DNA of 64,000 nucleotides from Desulfobacterales bacterium (GCA_021737275.1 JAIPEE010000006.1:13664-77663), one strand, 5' to 3'; positions 20,879 to 30,635 are shown, counted from the stretch's first letter. Notes: generated by a model from the sequence alone, not told the origin. Numbers and translations: made by a program.

Positions 20879-21442
20879 TTTTCTCTTCCGTACAACTTTG
20901 ATAATGATGACAATAATACTCACAAACACATAATAGCCGAAGAAAAGTATCCCCAAAGATAAGATAGTAAAACGATCCATTACATGGATTTGGCGCCACT
21001 CGTTGGCAAGATTACGGATCTCTTCCGGCGCTTTGGTAAAATCTGTTTTGAGGACCTGGCCTCCTGAAAAATCCAACATGTAACTTTTATCATATTCGTG
21101 GCTACCCCATGCAACCAATTCAAGTTCCTGGTCGCTATCGGCCTGAACGGCTTTGACAAATCCGCCGCCAAACATGTCTTTATCAATGATAAATTCATCT
21201 TTTGAGAGGATTTGTCCGCCATTTTTGAATAGTGTAATCTCGTAAGCAGACTGTTCGTCAAAGGAGGTTTGATTCACAAGGATAGTGATTTGCTCATCAT
21301 CACTTCCCCATACCACTTCATTCGGGTTACTCAATTTTATTGCAACATTTTTTTTGTCGAAAATATTATTGCCAATTAAATAAACCATTACCAGAATCGG
21401 CCATATGAAAATAAAAATTTTGAATGCGCGTTTGATGGGCAT
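20873..21442 (-). CDS. Hypothetical 2-TM membrane protein
   Basis: AAGGAG RBS; TM helices at both ends; central QADSDQELELV motif. Confidence 0.75.
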   Translation of the reverse strand: MPIKRAFKIFIFIWPILVMVYLIGNNIFDKKNVAIKLSNPNEVVWGSDDEQITILVNQTSFDEQSAYEITLFKNGGQILSKDEFIIDKDMFGGGFVKAVQADSDQELELVAWGSHEYDKSYMLDFSGGQVLKTDFTKAPEEIRNLANEWRQIHVMDRFTILSLGILFFGYYVFVSIIVIIIKVVRKRKS

Positions 21443-21457
21443 GGTTCTCCTTATTAT

Positions 21458-21700
21458 TTAAATTTTCGTACCACAGCCAGTGCAGAAACAATTGTTTGCA
21501 TCCAGAGCCACGCCACAGTTTGTGCAGAACCTCGGACGGGATGTTGCTGCTTTTGGCGTGGTAATCCGGTCACCAAGGGCGCCGTTACAGGCAAGACAAA
21601 GCGTCTGTTTGCCTATGTTTGTACGCCCACATATAGAGCAGTATTGCTTTAGATTGGTTTCTTTTGTCATTGTCGTTGTATCCATTTTTCCGGTCCTCAT
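21458..21700 (-). CDS. Small double zinc-ribbon protein
   Basis: Four CxxC pairs (CSIC, CLAC, CTNC, CTGC); ATG at 21700 overlaps the upstream TGA. Confidence 0.75.
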   Translation of the reverse strand: MRTGKMDTTTMTKETNLKQYCSICGRTNIGKQTLCLACNGALGDRITTPKAATSRPRFCTNCGVALDANNCFCTGCGTKI

Positions 21701-24700
21701 TTGGTTGGCCACGGGGATTTTTGATAGCTCAGTATGAGTGCCTCTCTTTTTGCCATATCCTCACCTTTGGCGGCGCCACTGCGGAATTTTTCGATACCTT
21801 CTTTTTCACCATACTTGTTGATGTAATTATTTAATGCTCCCTCTTCACCACCGCCGAGGATGTCCGCTTTATCGCCAGACCAGGATCGAACAATGTCCGG
21901 CCTTCCTGCTTTTGTCTGTTGCTGAATCCACTCTTCTTCAGTGTAAACGGTCTGCCTGTCCTGCATGCCCTGCCAATAGTCGATGACGAACCGGTCTCCG
22001 TTTGGCGTGATAACACGGGTCGCATTATGGTTTGACGTGCCCGATTCTGCGGTGATCTGCGTCATAATCGTGCCTTCTCCAAAGGTGTCCTTGCATGCCT
22101 TTTCAGACCACTTAATTCCCCACTCACCATATTCTCCGCACTGTCCGCCGGTCCAGCCCATGGCCCCGTCAACAGGAGAACCAACCCAATTGCCGATGTT
22201 ATTGATCGCCTTATTGCCGGCCCACAGGGCTTGATCAACAACGGGGAGGACATCAAACTCGCGGTTGCGAACATAATACCCTTCCATTTTTTTATCATCA
22301 ACGGTTTCCTGGATTTTGTCTTTTAGCGTCGCCACCTGTTCCGGGGTGGTCGGGCCAGGTGGTTTATACGGCTCGGGTTCATCCGGCAGAAGTTCATCAT
22401 TGTGTCGGTCCACATCCGGCGGACGATCGTCGTCTATCTCTTCCTGGACTTCTTGCTGTGTATCCTTAGTCGGCTCTTTTGTCGAATGCACTTTTTCATC
22501 TGATTGTTGTGTGTCCTGAACCTGATTTTCTGCTGCATCAACTTTTTGAGTATCGGTCCGGTCTTCCTCTGACTGCTGTTCCTTGTTTTGAATTTCCGGT
22601 TCTTGCTGTGCCGGTTCGCCACGAGAAATCAGAATGACTGAATCAGTCATGTCGCCATTTGCGCCTTCATAACCGGCAATTCCGTGGAGGGACCCCCGAT
22701 CAGGGTTCTTCTGCCAATCCTGGAAAAGGAGGGTGGGCTGGCCATTTTCGTACAGATAGCCATTTTTAATCAGCCAGGCTTGCGCTTCCGTACCATCAAG
22801 CATTTCTGTCCATCCCTGTGCAGATGAAGGATCCTGTCCATCATGTTTTTCCTCTCTCTCATGACGGCTTTCCAGTTCTTTCTGAATAGACTGTTCTGCC
22901 TTTTCACGGGTCATCCATTCAGTTTTACCATCATACTCTACGCCGAAAAGTCCTTCATCGTTACTCTCCCACCGCTCACCATTTTCATCGATCAAAAAAT
23001 TCCTATCCTGTACATCAGGTTGAGAATATAGTTCTTGTTGCGCCTCGCTCACAGAAGCATCTATGGCTGCAGCAACATCAATGGCTGATATATATGCAGC
23101 TGTCATTCCCAATCCACCTAACAGCTGGATAATCGCAATTGTAAGACCTGCAGCAACTGCTCCTTCAGAAAAACCGATATTCTGAACGGATTGCTCAATG
23201 GTATTCAATACCTGCTCAATAGCTGAGAGCAAATCTTCATCATTTTGATCCGTCTGAAGCCTGTCCTGGCTGCTTTTTGTTTCTGAAGGTTCACTTCTGG
23301 ATATCTCATTCTTTGTATCTTCAACGTCAGGCGCCGGTTCGATTTTATTACTCCCGACTGCCTTATGCTGCTCAAAAAGGATATCGTAGTATGCCGGCAG
23401 ATAATATTGGGATTCTACAAAGCGTAATTGGTTTGTAAAAGGCCGTGCATATACACGGACAAGAATTGAATCATTATCCCAGGGAATCGCCTGCCATTGG
23501 ACGCTCACCGGTTTGCCTTTGAATGCCACAGGATTGAAGGTTGTCAGAGAAGAATCATGTGAACTTGCTAAAGGAACTCTTTTATTTTGATACGAATAGT
23601 TCAGTTCTCCATCGGCAATATATTGGAAAGCGGATGCGTTGAATGTTATTTTTCCACTTTCGCTTTTCACAGGACTGAATGCTTCACTTGTGGTATTTTT
23701 CCATGCCCCATTGTATGTCAGGATATCCCATCGTATTAAGAATGGGGAGAGTGTCGCTTTTCTCTTGTCCCAATCTACCTTGAGTTCTGCACCTTCACAG
23801 ACAGCATTTCGCAGGGCAGCACAAATTTTTGCCGCACTATTCATATCATTGGGCGAAGGCGCTGCCCTCAAAAAACGCCCTTTGTATACCTTTGTGCCGG
23901 TAACATCTCTCTTTGTCCAACTTGAATTTTGCGGTTTTAGTTCACTTATGAGATGAGGTGTAGCAGGTTCACGGCCGATAGTTTTGACTGGAACAAATGA
24001 AAACTCTTTGTCACGGTAATCTGCAGGTCTTAGTTCTTCAGCGTTAATAGCCTTAAGCGCATTATCCAGTACAATTAAACATCCGAACGCCGTCTCCATT
24101 ACACCCTGTTCTATTGCAAAATTTTCCCGGAAGTAGTTTCCTTGTTGAAGTTGCATCAAGAGCGTATTGTTACCCGAAACTTTTCGATTTGACTTGTCTC
24201 CAGCAGATTTAGGGAAATTATTAGTTATGTGAAAATCAGTTTGTCCAATACCATGATATACTGGTTGTTTTAAATACTGTCCGTTGGAGTTAATTTCCCT
24301 ATCAGAAGTGTATCGGCTTGACATGTAACCATCACCTATAATTACCGGGTAACCAAAGCCGTGCATGACAGGGAGCATATTTGAATACCCTCCGTTGCCA
24401 CTGGTATCAACACCAAGCATATTTAATGAGTTTCCACCATCACTTTGTTTTTTTAATGAAAGCTCTACCGAAGATTTGAAATATTTTATCTTTCCAGGGT
24501 CATAGTCGTATTGAGCTGCTGTGATACAAGAAAAATAGATAGGCTCTAAGGTTGCAATTCTTTTATCCCAATCGACAATTAGTCGTCCGCCGGAAAAACT
24601 CCAGTTTACCAGCAGATTTTTTTTCCCCGTCGAGATTTTACTATTAAACCATCTCTTTTTCCTGGATTCCAGAAGATTTGCAACCCTTGGGTTTAATATT

Positions 24701-25437
24701 GCTTTATACTCAGTTTGTCCATATCGCACACCTGAGCCGTTTACAGTTGGCGGTTCACCGTGGAATGTCCCCAGACTACTGGCATTTCCGGAGGAGAATG
24801 TAGTCTCTGCTGAAATACCTGTCCCCCATAAAAACATAGCAAAAATTATTGTACAAACAGGTATTATGACATTAATAAATTGACCTGTACCCACATTTAT
24901 TTTTTTTATTGTGTTTGCTTTTTTCACAAGAAATAATGATAAAATAACCGCCATTGTCGTGGAAAATCCGTTCAGTAAAAATCCGAATTCTGTTATTTTA
25001 CGTAGTCCCAGCAGCGTTGAGCCCTGGATAAAGAGGAGAGAAGCCGCCCAGATCAGAATATAAAAATAGGTGCGCTTGGCGTAGGGCTTGCCATTTTTAA
25101 TAGAGATCTGATGCCCGCGTGCCATCAGAAAACCGGGCGCAATACCAAGAATAATTCCGATCAATGGCATCATTGGCCTGTAAACGCCTATGAACCATAA
25201 CATAAAAAGAAAGCAGCAGAGTGATATCGTTCCGGGAAGAATAGCGGTAATTTTACCCAGCGGCATTTCATTTTTAGAGCTCTTGATGACCATCCAGCTG
25301 GAATAAAGCATCATCAGGATAATACCGAGACTTCTGTTAAATTGCATGACCAGCATGGACAGCATTAGAATTGCGCCGGTTATCATCAGTTTTTTCGACA
25401 TTTTGCGGGCAACATTCAAGGCGATTTTAAAAGTCAT
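21697..25437 (-). CDS. Large multi-domain membrane protein with a C-terminal putative papain/transglutaminase-like domain
   Basis: 1246-aa ORF: multi-TM N-terminus, beta-rich repeated region, internal TM, acidic linker, GQCGE..NH..IDYW. Confidence 0.8.
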   Translation of the reverse strand: MTFKIALNVARKMSKKLMITGAILMLSMLVMQFNRSLGIILMMLYSSWMVIKSSKNEMPLGKITAILPGTISLCCFLFMLWFIGVYRPMMPLIGIILGIAPGFLMARGHQISIKNGKPYAKRTYFYILIWAASLLFIQGSTLLGLRKITEFGFLLNGFSTTMAVILSLFLVKKANTIKKINVGTGQFINVIIPVCTIIFAMFLWGTGISAETTFSSGNASSLGTFHGEPPTVNGSGVRYGQTEYKAILNPRVANLLESRKKRWFNSKISTGKKNLLVNWSFSGGRLIVDWDKRIATLEPIYFSCITAAQYDYDPGKIKYFKSSVELSLKKQSDGGNSLNMLGVDTSGNGGYSNMLPVMHGFGYPVIIGDGYMSSRYTSDREINSNGQYLKQPVYHGIGQTDFHITNNFPKSAGDKSNRKVSGNNTLLMQLQQGNYFRENFAIEQGVMETAFGCLIVLDNALKAINAEELRPADYRDKEFSFVPVKTIGREPATPHLISELKPQNSSWTKRDVTGTKVYKGRFLRAAPSPNDMNSAAKICAALRNAVCEGAELKVDWDKRKATLSPFLIRWDILTYNGAWKNTTSEAFSPVKSESGKITFNASAFQYIADGELNYSYQNKRVPLASSHDSSLTTFNPVAFKGKPVSVQWQAIPWDNDSILVRVYARPFTNQLRFVESQYYLPAYYDILFEQHKAVGSNKIEPAPDVEDTKNEISRSEPSETKSSQDRLQTDQNDEDLLSAIEQVLNTIEQSVQNIGFSEGAVAAGLTIAIIQLLGGLGMTAAYISAIDVAAAIDASVSEAQQELYSQPDVQDRNFLIDENGERWESNDEGLFGVEYDGKTEWMTREKAEQSIQKELESRHEREEKHDGQDPSSAQGWTEMLDGTEAQAWLIKNGYLYENGQPTLLFQDWQKNPDRGSLHGIAGYEGANGDMTDSVILISRGEPAQQEPEIQNKEQQSEEDRTDTQKVDAAENQVQDTQQSDEKVHSTKEPTKDTQQEVQEEIDDDRPPDVDRHNDELLPDEPEPYKPPGPTTPEQVATLKDKIQETVDDKKMEGYYVRNREFDVLPVVDQALWAGNKAINNIGNWVGSPVDGAMGWTGGQCGEYGEWGIKWSEKACKDTFGEGTIMTQITAESGTSNHNATRVITPNGDRFVIDYWQGMQDRQTVYTEEEWIQQQTKAGRPDIVRSWSGDKADILGGGEEGALNNYINKYGEKEGIEKFRSGAAKGEDMAKREALILSYQKSPWPTK

Positions 25438-25494
25438 AACACGAGGCTCCCAACTGATGGCGGATTTAGGCCGCTGATTCTTACTTAAGATATT

Positions 25495-26280
25495 CTAAAA
25501 AAACATAGCCACTATTACACCGATGAGGCTGCAAGCGGCCCAGCCGATAGCAAGGGATTTCTTTTCTTTTGTTGTTGCAGAAAAGTCATATTTTTTTTCG
25601 AGCAATATAGTGGCAAGGCCGGATACTATGAGCCCTCCAAAAATCATAGCAAAAATGGGTATGATGATTATGAGAGTGCCGTCATCAATGTATTCTTTAA
25701 AAAATATTGTCATAACCCCAAGAATGCTTCCCCACAAAAGCGCCCAGACCAGAGCTGGAAAAGTGCCCAAAATACCGGGATTGAGTTCTTTTTCGTTCAC
25801 AACTTTATAAATCAATATCCCGGCAAGAAAACCACTTAATAAAGATCCGATACCAAAGGATGTCAGCATGCCAGGTAAGGTGGTGTTCCAGGTTCGGGGA
25901 TACTGGCTGTAGAATTCAGGGTTTCCGGCTCGTATATTGTCATAAAATCCGGAAAACAAAACTCCTATAGGAAGCCAGCCTATAAGCCATATTATGGCCC
26001 ATTGGCAGCCTGAAGCAATTAAATTTTTTAATAAGAATGAATCGCTATCCGCGGCGGTTTTAGCAGGTATCGGACGAAAAGGTATCGCTTTTTCAGGCCG
26101 AGAAAATTTTTGTTTATTAATTTTTTTTGGTGTAGGGTTCACCCGGCGGGGCCGGGGTTTGACTTCTTCGCTTTCAGACTCAGGTGGAGCTATAGGAGCG
26201 CCACATTTTCCGCAGAATTTTATTCCCTCAGGATTTACAGGGGAGCCACACTTGCCGCAAAATTTTGGAGTTAGATTCAT
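25495..26280 (-). CDS. Zinc-ribbon domain membrane protein
   Basis: FCGKCGSPV..KFCGKCGAPI, Pro/basic linker, about 5 TM helices; GGAG RBS. Confidence 0.8.
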   Translation of the reverse strand: MNLTPKFCGKCGSPVNPEGIKFCGKCGAPIAPPESESEEVKPRPRRVNPTPKKINKQKFSRPEKAIPFRPIPAKTAADSDSFLLKNLIASGCQWAIIWLIGWLPIGVLFSGFYDNIRAGNPEFYSQYPRTWNTTLPGMLTSFGIGSLLSGFLAGILIYKVVNEKELNPGILGTFPALVWALLWGSILGVMTIFFKEYIDDGTLIIIIPIFAMIFGGLIVSGLATILLEKKYDFSATTKEKKSLAIGWAACSLIGVIVAMFF

Positions 26281-26390
26281 AAAAGTCTCCAGCCTGACTA
26301 CATGGTTATTTAAAAAAAAATATGCTGAACAGCATTCGAATATAGTTTAATATGTTTTTGTTACAATATAGTTCTGGTCTTTATGTTTTT

Positions 26391-26466
26391 TGGTACGCCC
26401 GGCAGGATTCGAACCTGCGATCTTCAGCTCCGGAGGCTGACGCCCTATCCCCTGGGCTACGGGCGC
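26391..26466 (-). tRNA. tRNA-Arg(CCG)
   Basis: GCGCCCGTAG...TCAGC-CTCCGGA-GCTGA...GGTTCGAATCC...GGGCGTACCA cloverleaf. Confidence 0.95.
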
Positions 26467-26511
26467 AAATTGTGATGATGTGAGAAGAAATAGATCATCA
26501 TTGTCCGCAAG

Positions 26512-27810
26512 TCAAGCCAGAAAGATTTCCGGATTATCTTTGGAAAGGGCCGCTTTGGCTTCACCCACCAGATAGAGAGAGCCGGCAATGCATACGGCAT
26601 CATTTTCTGAAGCGGAATTAATGGCGTGGTGCACGGCTTCTCCAACATCTGAAATTATCGTAATATCCGAAATCATATCTTTTGTGATTTTATAGATTTT
26701 TTCCGGCGGAATGGACCGGTCAATTTCAGGTTGAGTCAATACCACTTTATCACATACCGGGATAAGGCATTTAAGAATTGCATCTACCGGCTTATCATCG
26801 CACATGCCGATAACCAGTGTAACCTTTTTGTCTTTCAGATGATCTGATATAAAATTTCCCAAAAGTCTTGCCGCATTAAGATTGTGAGCGCCGTCAATAA
26901 TAACAAACGGTTTTTTAGAAATAACTTCAAGACGTCCGGGCCAACGGGTTTTTAATAACCCCTTTCTGATATGATCTACAGAAAGATTTTCTTTTTTTCT
27001 GGAAAGTATTTCGCAGGCAGCAAGCGTTAGTGCTGCATTATCAACCTGATAATTTCCAAGAAGTCCGGTTTTCATATCTCGCCATGTTTTATTAATACCA
27101 AAATATGAAAAGGTGCCATTTTTATTTCGTCTGACTTTGAAATCTCTACCCGAATGATAAACGGTTGCAGACTTTGACACCGCAACCTGAGAGATAACAT
27201 CAAGAGCTGTTTTTTGTTTTACACCGCTAATGACCGGTGTTTTGTTTTTAATGATACCCGCTTTTTCACCTGAAATTTCCGCAATGGTGTTACCCAGATA
27301 TGCGGTGTGCTCAATTGAAATATTTGTAATGATGGACAGCTCCGGTTTAATAATATTGGTTGAATCCAGTCTGCCGCCCATACCGGTTTCGATAACGGCC
27401 CAGTCAACATTATGCGTTGCAAATATATAAAAGGCCATGGCGGTATTAATTTCAAAAAAAGTAGGTTCACGATCTCCCTTTTCTTCGGTATTAACAGCAT
27501 TATAGGCATCTACCACTTCACTATCGGATATCTGTTTATTGTTAATACAGATCCGTTCATTAAATTTAATAAGATGGGGTGAGGTAAACAGCCCGACTTT
27601 GTACCCGGCTTCATGAAGTATGGTTGAAAGCGATGATGCAATGGATCCTTTGCCGTTTGTACCGGCTATATGGATGCATTTAAATTGTTCGTGCGGATTC
27701 CCAACGCCTTTTAACATGCGCTTGATGGTATTAAGTCCGAGCTTTATCCCGAAACGTCTCAGCCCGTACATGGACTGGAGGCATTTATTATATTCTTTGT
27801 TTTCTGCCAT
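26512..27810 (-). CDS. folC: Folylpolyglutamate synthase/dihydrofolate synthase
   Basis: HIAGTNGKGS, FTSPHL, ETGMGGRLDSTN, WPGRLE, DGAHN. Confidence 0.95.
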   Translation of the reverse strand: MAENKEYNKCLQSMYGLRRFGIKLGLNTIKRMLKGVGNPHEQFKCIHIAGTNGKGSIASSLSTILHEAGYKVGLFTSPHLIKFNERICINNKQISDSEVVDAYNAVNTEEKGDREPTFFEINTAMAFYIFATHNVDWAVIETGMGGRLDSTNIIKPELSIITNISIEHTAYLGNTIAEISGEKAGIIKNKTPVISGVKQKTALDVISQVAVSKSATVYHSGRDFKVRRNKNGTFSYFGINKTWRDMKTGLLGNYQVDNAALTLAACEILSRKKENLSVDHIRKGLLKTRWPGRLEVISKKPFVIIDGAHNLNAARLLGNFISDHLKDKKVTLVIGMCDDKPVDAILKCLIPVCDKVVLTQPEIDRSIPPEKIYKITKDMISDITIISDVGEAVHHAINSASENDAVCIAGSLYLVGEAKAALSKDNPEIFLA

Positions 27811-27824
27811 GCTGCCTGAAAATA

Positions 27825-27857
27825 AAAAACCCGGCAGATTATAAGGTCTGCCGGGTT
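27825..27857 (-). terminator. Terminator after rpsU
   Basis: AACCCGGCAGA-loop-TCTGCCGGGTT with T-run on the minus strand. Confidence 0.65.
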
Positions 27858-27877
27858 ATTGGACGATCTAATAGTTT

Positions 27878-28087
27878 TTAATATCTTCTGTTTCTGCTAC
27901 GTGATGCTGCAATTCGCAATCTTCTGAATGCTTCGCGCTGTTTTCTGCGTTTGTATTCACTTGGTTTTTCGTAGCTTTTTTTGAGCTTCAATCGTTTAAA
28001 AAGACCGTCATTCTGAATTTTTTTCTTCAGAATCCGCATTGCCTTTTCAAGGTCGTTGTCAAATACTTTTACCTCAATAGCTTTCAA
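27878..28087 (-). CDS. rpsU: 30S ribosomal protein S21
   Basis: DLEKAMRILKKK..YEKPSE; TTG start after AAGGAG. Confidence 0.92.
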   Translation of the reverse strand: MKAIEVKVFDNDLEKAMRILKKKIQNDGLFKRLKLKKSYEKPSEYKRRKQREAFRRLRIAASRSRNRRY

Positions 28088-28292
28088 ACTTCTTCGCTCC
28101 TTTCTTTCCACCAGGTGAGGTTTCGCTGATGGTTATTTACAGCGCCCGAATCTGCTGATCAAGGCAATATATAATCAACTTATTAATTGTGCAAGCAAAA
28201 AAATAAAAAATAAAAAAAATATAAAGCCTTGTCAATTATGTATATCCGGTTACCTCTCCCGGAAAGGGATGCTTTTAAGGCTTAACAACATA

Positions 28293-28967
28293 TTAAAGCT
28301 TTGAGATAAGCTCTTCAGTAACAGCTTTTACACTCGGCTCACCATCCAGGGTGATATATTTGATGTTGCCTTTTTTTTCAGCAAGATCTTTAAAATAGTA
28401 AGCAGAAGCAAGTGTGCCTTCTTCAGTGTTATAATAGATGGCATGACGTTTACTGATAGCATCTTCATCCTGATCATCAGCTCTTGTTTTCAGATCGCCG
28501 CCGCAAACACGGCATTTATCACCATCAGGTTTGATAACATCAATAAAAATATTATTGGGATGGTTGTTGTCATTTACACAGAGACGACGACCCATAATTC
28601 TGTTTTTTGCAATTTCACGGTCCAGAAGAATCTCAACAACAATATCAAGCGCCATATCGGCTTCTTTGAGCGCCTCATCCAGTTTGATGGCCTGATTCTT
28701 ATTTCTTGGGAATCCATCCAGGAGCCAACCATCTTTACAGTCTTCTTTTTTCAGTCTGTCAAGGATCATCGGAATTGTGATTTCATCCGGTACGAGATCA
28801 CCTTTATCGATATACCCTTTGGCTTTTGCACCGAGTTCCGTACCATTGGAGATGTTGTCACGGAAAATGGCACCTGATTCGATATGAGGTGTATTATATT
28901 TATCCTTTAAAATAGCACCCTGGGTACCCTTACCACTGCCGTTAGGTCCGAAAAATAAAATGTTCAT
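28293..28967 (-). CDS. adk: Adenylate kinase (Desulfovibrio-type LID, C-x5-H...C-x2-C)
   Basis: GPNGSGKGTQ, LLDGFPR, RADD. Confidence 0.96.
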   Translation of the reverse strand: MNILFFGPNGSGKGTQGAILKDKYNTPHIESGAIFRDNISNGTELGAKAKGYIDKGDLVPDEITIPMILDRLKKEDCKDGWLLDGFPRNKNQAIKLDEALKEADMALDIVVEILLDREIAKNRIMGRRLCVNDNNHPNNIFIDVIKPDGDKCRVCGGDLKTRADDQDEDAISKRHAIYYNTEEGTLASAYYFKDLAEKKGNIKYITLDGEPSVKAVTEELISKL

Positions 28968-29149
28968 TACTTACTCCTTTCATATTTATAATTTGTGGGC
29001 CCTTTTGCCGGAACCCAATATAATCAATTAATAAAGATTGCCTCTCAACCTGGAGAATATCAGGCAAATCTATAACAAATATAAATGGCGGTTCTATATA
29101 AATACGGTCGGGTTGTCAAGAAATGGATTTTAAAAATGGAATTGAGAAC

Positions 29150-30529
29150 TTAAGTGCTTTTTTTAGCCATATCCGAAGCTACAGAGATCGCATCTCTTCT
29201 GCTTGTAATTTTACCTGAAAGGCGCTCTTCCTCAACATGGTGGAGAATCTCACTGAATAAAGGCGAGGGGCGTAAACCAAGTTCCTGCATAAGATCATTG
29301 CCTGAAATCAGTGGTTTTTTTGATTTTTTCGGCAGATAATTTTTTATATAGTTTTCAAAAATGCTATTAATAAAACGGATATGAGCTCCGGATACGGCAT
29401 CCGTACCTTTTTGTTTTCCGTAAGTATCTGCAATAAAATGGAGCAACAGATCAGGCGTTAATTCATTAAATTTCATGAAAAAACGGGTAATCGTTCTTCG
29501 GGTCAGCTCATTTTGGCAATATGCATTGAAAAGTCCCAATGGTCTTAAATGGTAATGGATAATAGTTTCAAGATATGTCTTTTCAAGGTTTGAAAACCGG
29601 AGCCGGCTGCCAATATCGGCTGCTATTTCAGCACCTCTGGTGGCATGGCGATAGAAATGGATGTGATTATCTCTGTCTGTTGTTCGGGTAACCGGTTTTC
29701 CAAGATCATGAAACAGCATGGCACATTTTAAAATAGCAGGCATGAAAGGCTTTTTTCGAGACCTTATATAGTCAATAAGCGGGGTTATCGATTCAAGCGG
29801 ATTGTTTATAATATTTTCAAGATATGCATAAGACCTCATTGTATGCCCGTATACATCAAAGTCATGGTATCTGTTCTGGCGGCATCCCGCCAGAGGCGTT
29901 ATTTCCGGAAAAATGGTAAACAGCAAAGATGTTTCCGCCATTTGTTTCAGATATGAATATGAATCAGTGGTACTGAGCAGCTTGAAGAACTCTGAGCTGA
30001 TTCGCTCTCCTGCAGTATTTTTGATGAGTTCGGCGTCTTTTTTTATGGCATTACAGGTTTCCGGATCGATTTCAAAGTTAAATGTTGCCCCGATTCGGAA
30101 AGCACGAAACAGTCGAACCGGATCGTTTTGGAAAACAAATTTTGAAACCATCCGGATTTTCTTGTCGGCAATATCCGAAAGACCGCCGGTGACATCGATT
30201 ATTTTTCCATGGCTAATATCATAAGCCAATGCATTTATTGTAAAATCACGTTGTTCCAGATCTTCCTGGATACAAGAGCCATTGATCGACGTGATGTCAT
30301 ACAGGCGGTTTTTTGCAGATACCCTGATTATTTTTTGTTTGTCTTTACCGAGCTCAACCCAGTGACCATTTGACATAATGGCCAGTTTTTTGGCATACTC
30401 TTCTGGATTTCCGGATACGGCAATGTCATAATCGGCAGGTGTCCGACCCAGTAAAAGATCTCTTACAGGGCCACCGACAATGTAAGTGCCGGTTTCTTTT
30501 GGGAGGCATTTTATATCAATATGGATCAT
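29150..30529 (-). CDS. tRNA nucleotidyltransferase with HD domain (probably CC-adding type)
   Basis: VGGPVRDLLLG..DYD, EDLEQRDFTINA, DPVRLFRAFR, HDLGK. Confidence 0.85.
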   Translation of the reverse strand: MIHIDIKCLPKETGTYIVGGPVRDLLLGRTPADYDIAVSGNPEEYAKKLAIMSNGHWVELGKDKQKIIRVSAKNRLYDITSINGSCIQEDLEQRDFTINALAYDISHGKIIDVTGGLSDIADKKIRMVSKFVFQNDPVRLFRAFRIGATFNFEIDPETCNAIKKDAELIKNTAGERISSEFFKLLSTTDSYSYLKQMAETSLLFTIFPEITPLAGCRQNRYHDFDVYGHTMRSYAYLENIINNPLESITPLIDYIRSRKKPFMPAILKCAMLFHDLGKPVTRTTDRDNHIHFYRHATRGAEIAADIGSRLRFSNLEKTYLETIIHYHLRPLGLFNAYCQNELTRRTITRFFMKFNELTPDLLLHFIADTYGKQKGTDAVSGAHIRFINSIFENYIKNYLPKKSKKPLISGNDLMQELGLRPSPLFSEILHHVEEERLSGKITSRRDAISVASDMAKKST

Positions 30530-30635
30530 GTGTCGCTCTTGTGTTCCTGAATTATTATTAACTTGATAAGTTTATCATCTTTATGGCGGGCTGTCCACGC
30601 CGATAAAATTTTTCAGTTTAAGGTAATTATACGCT

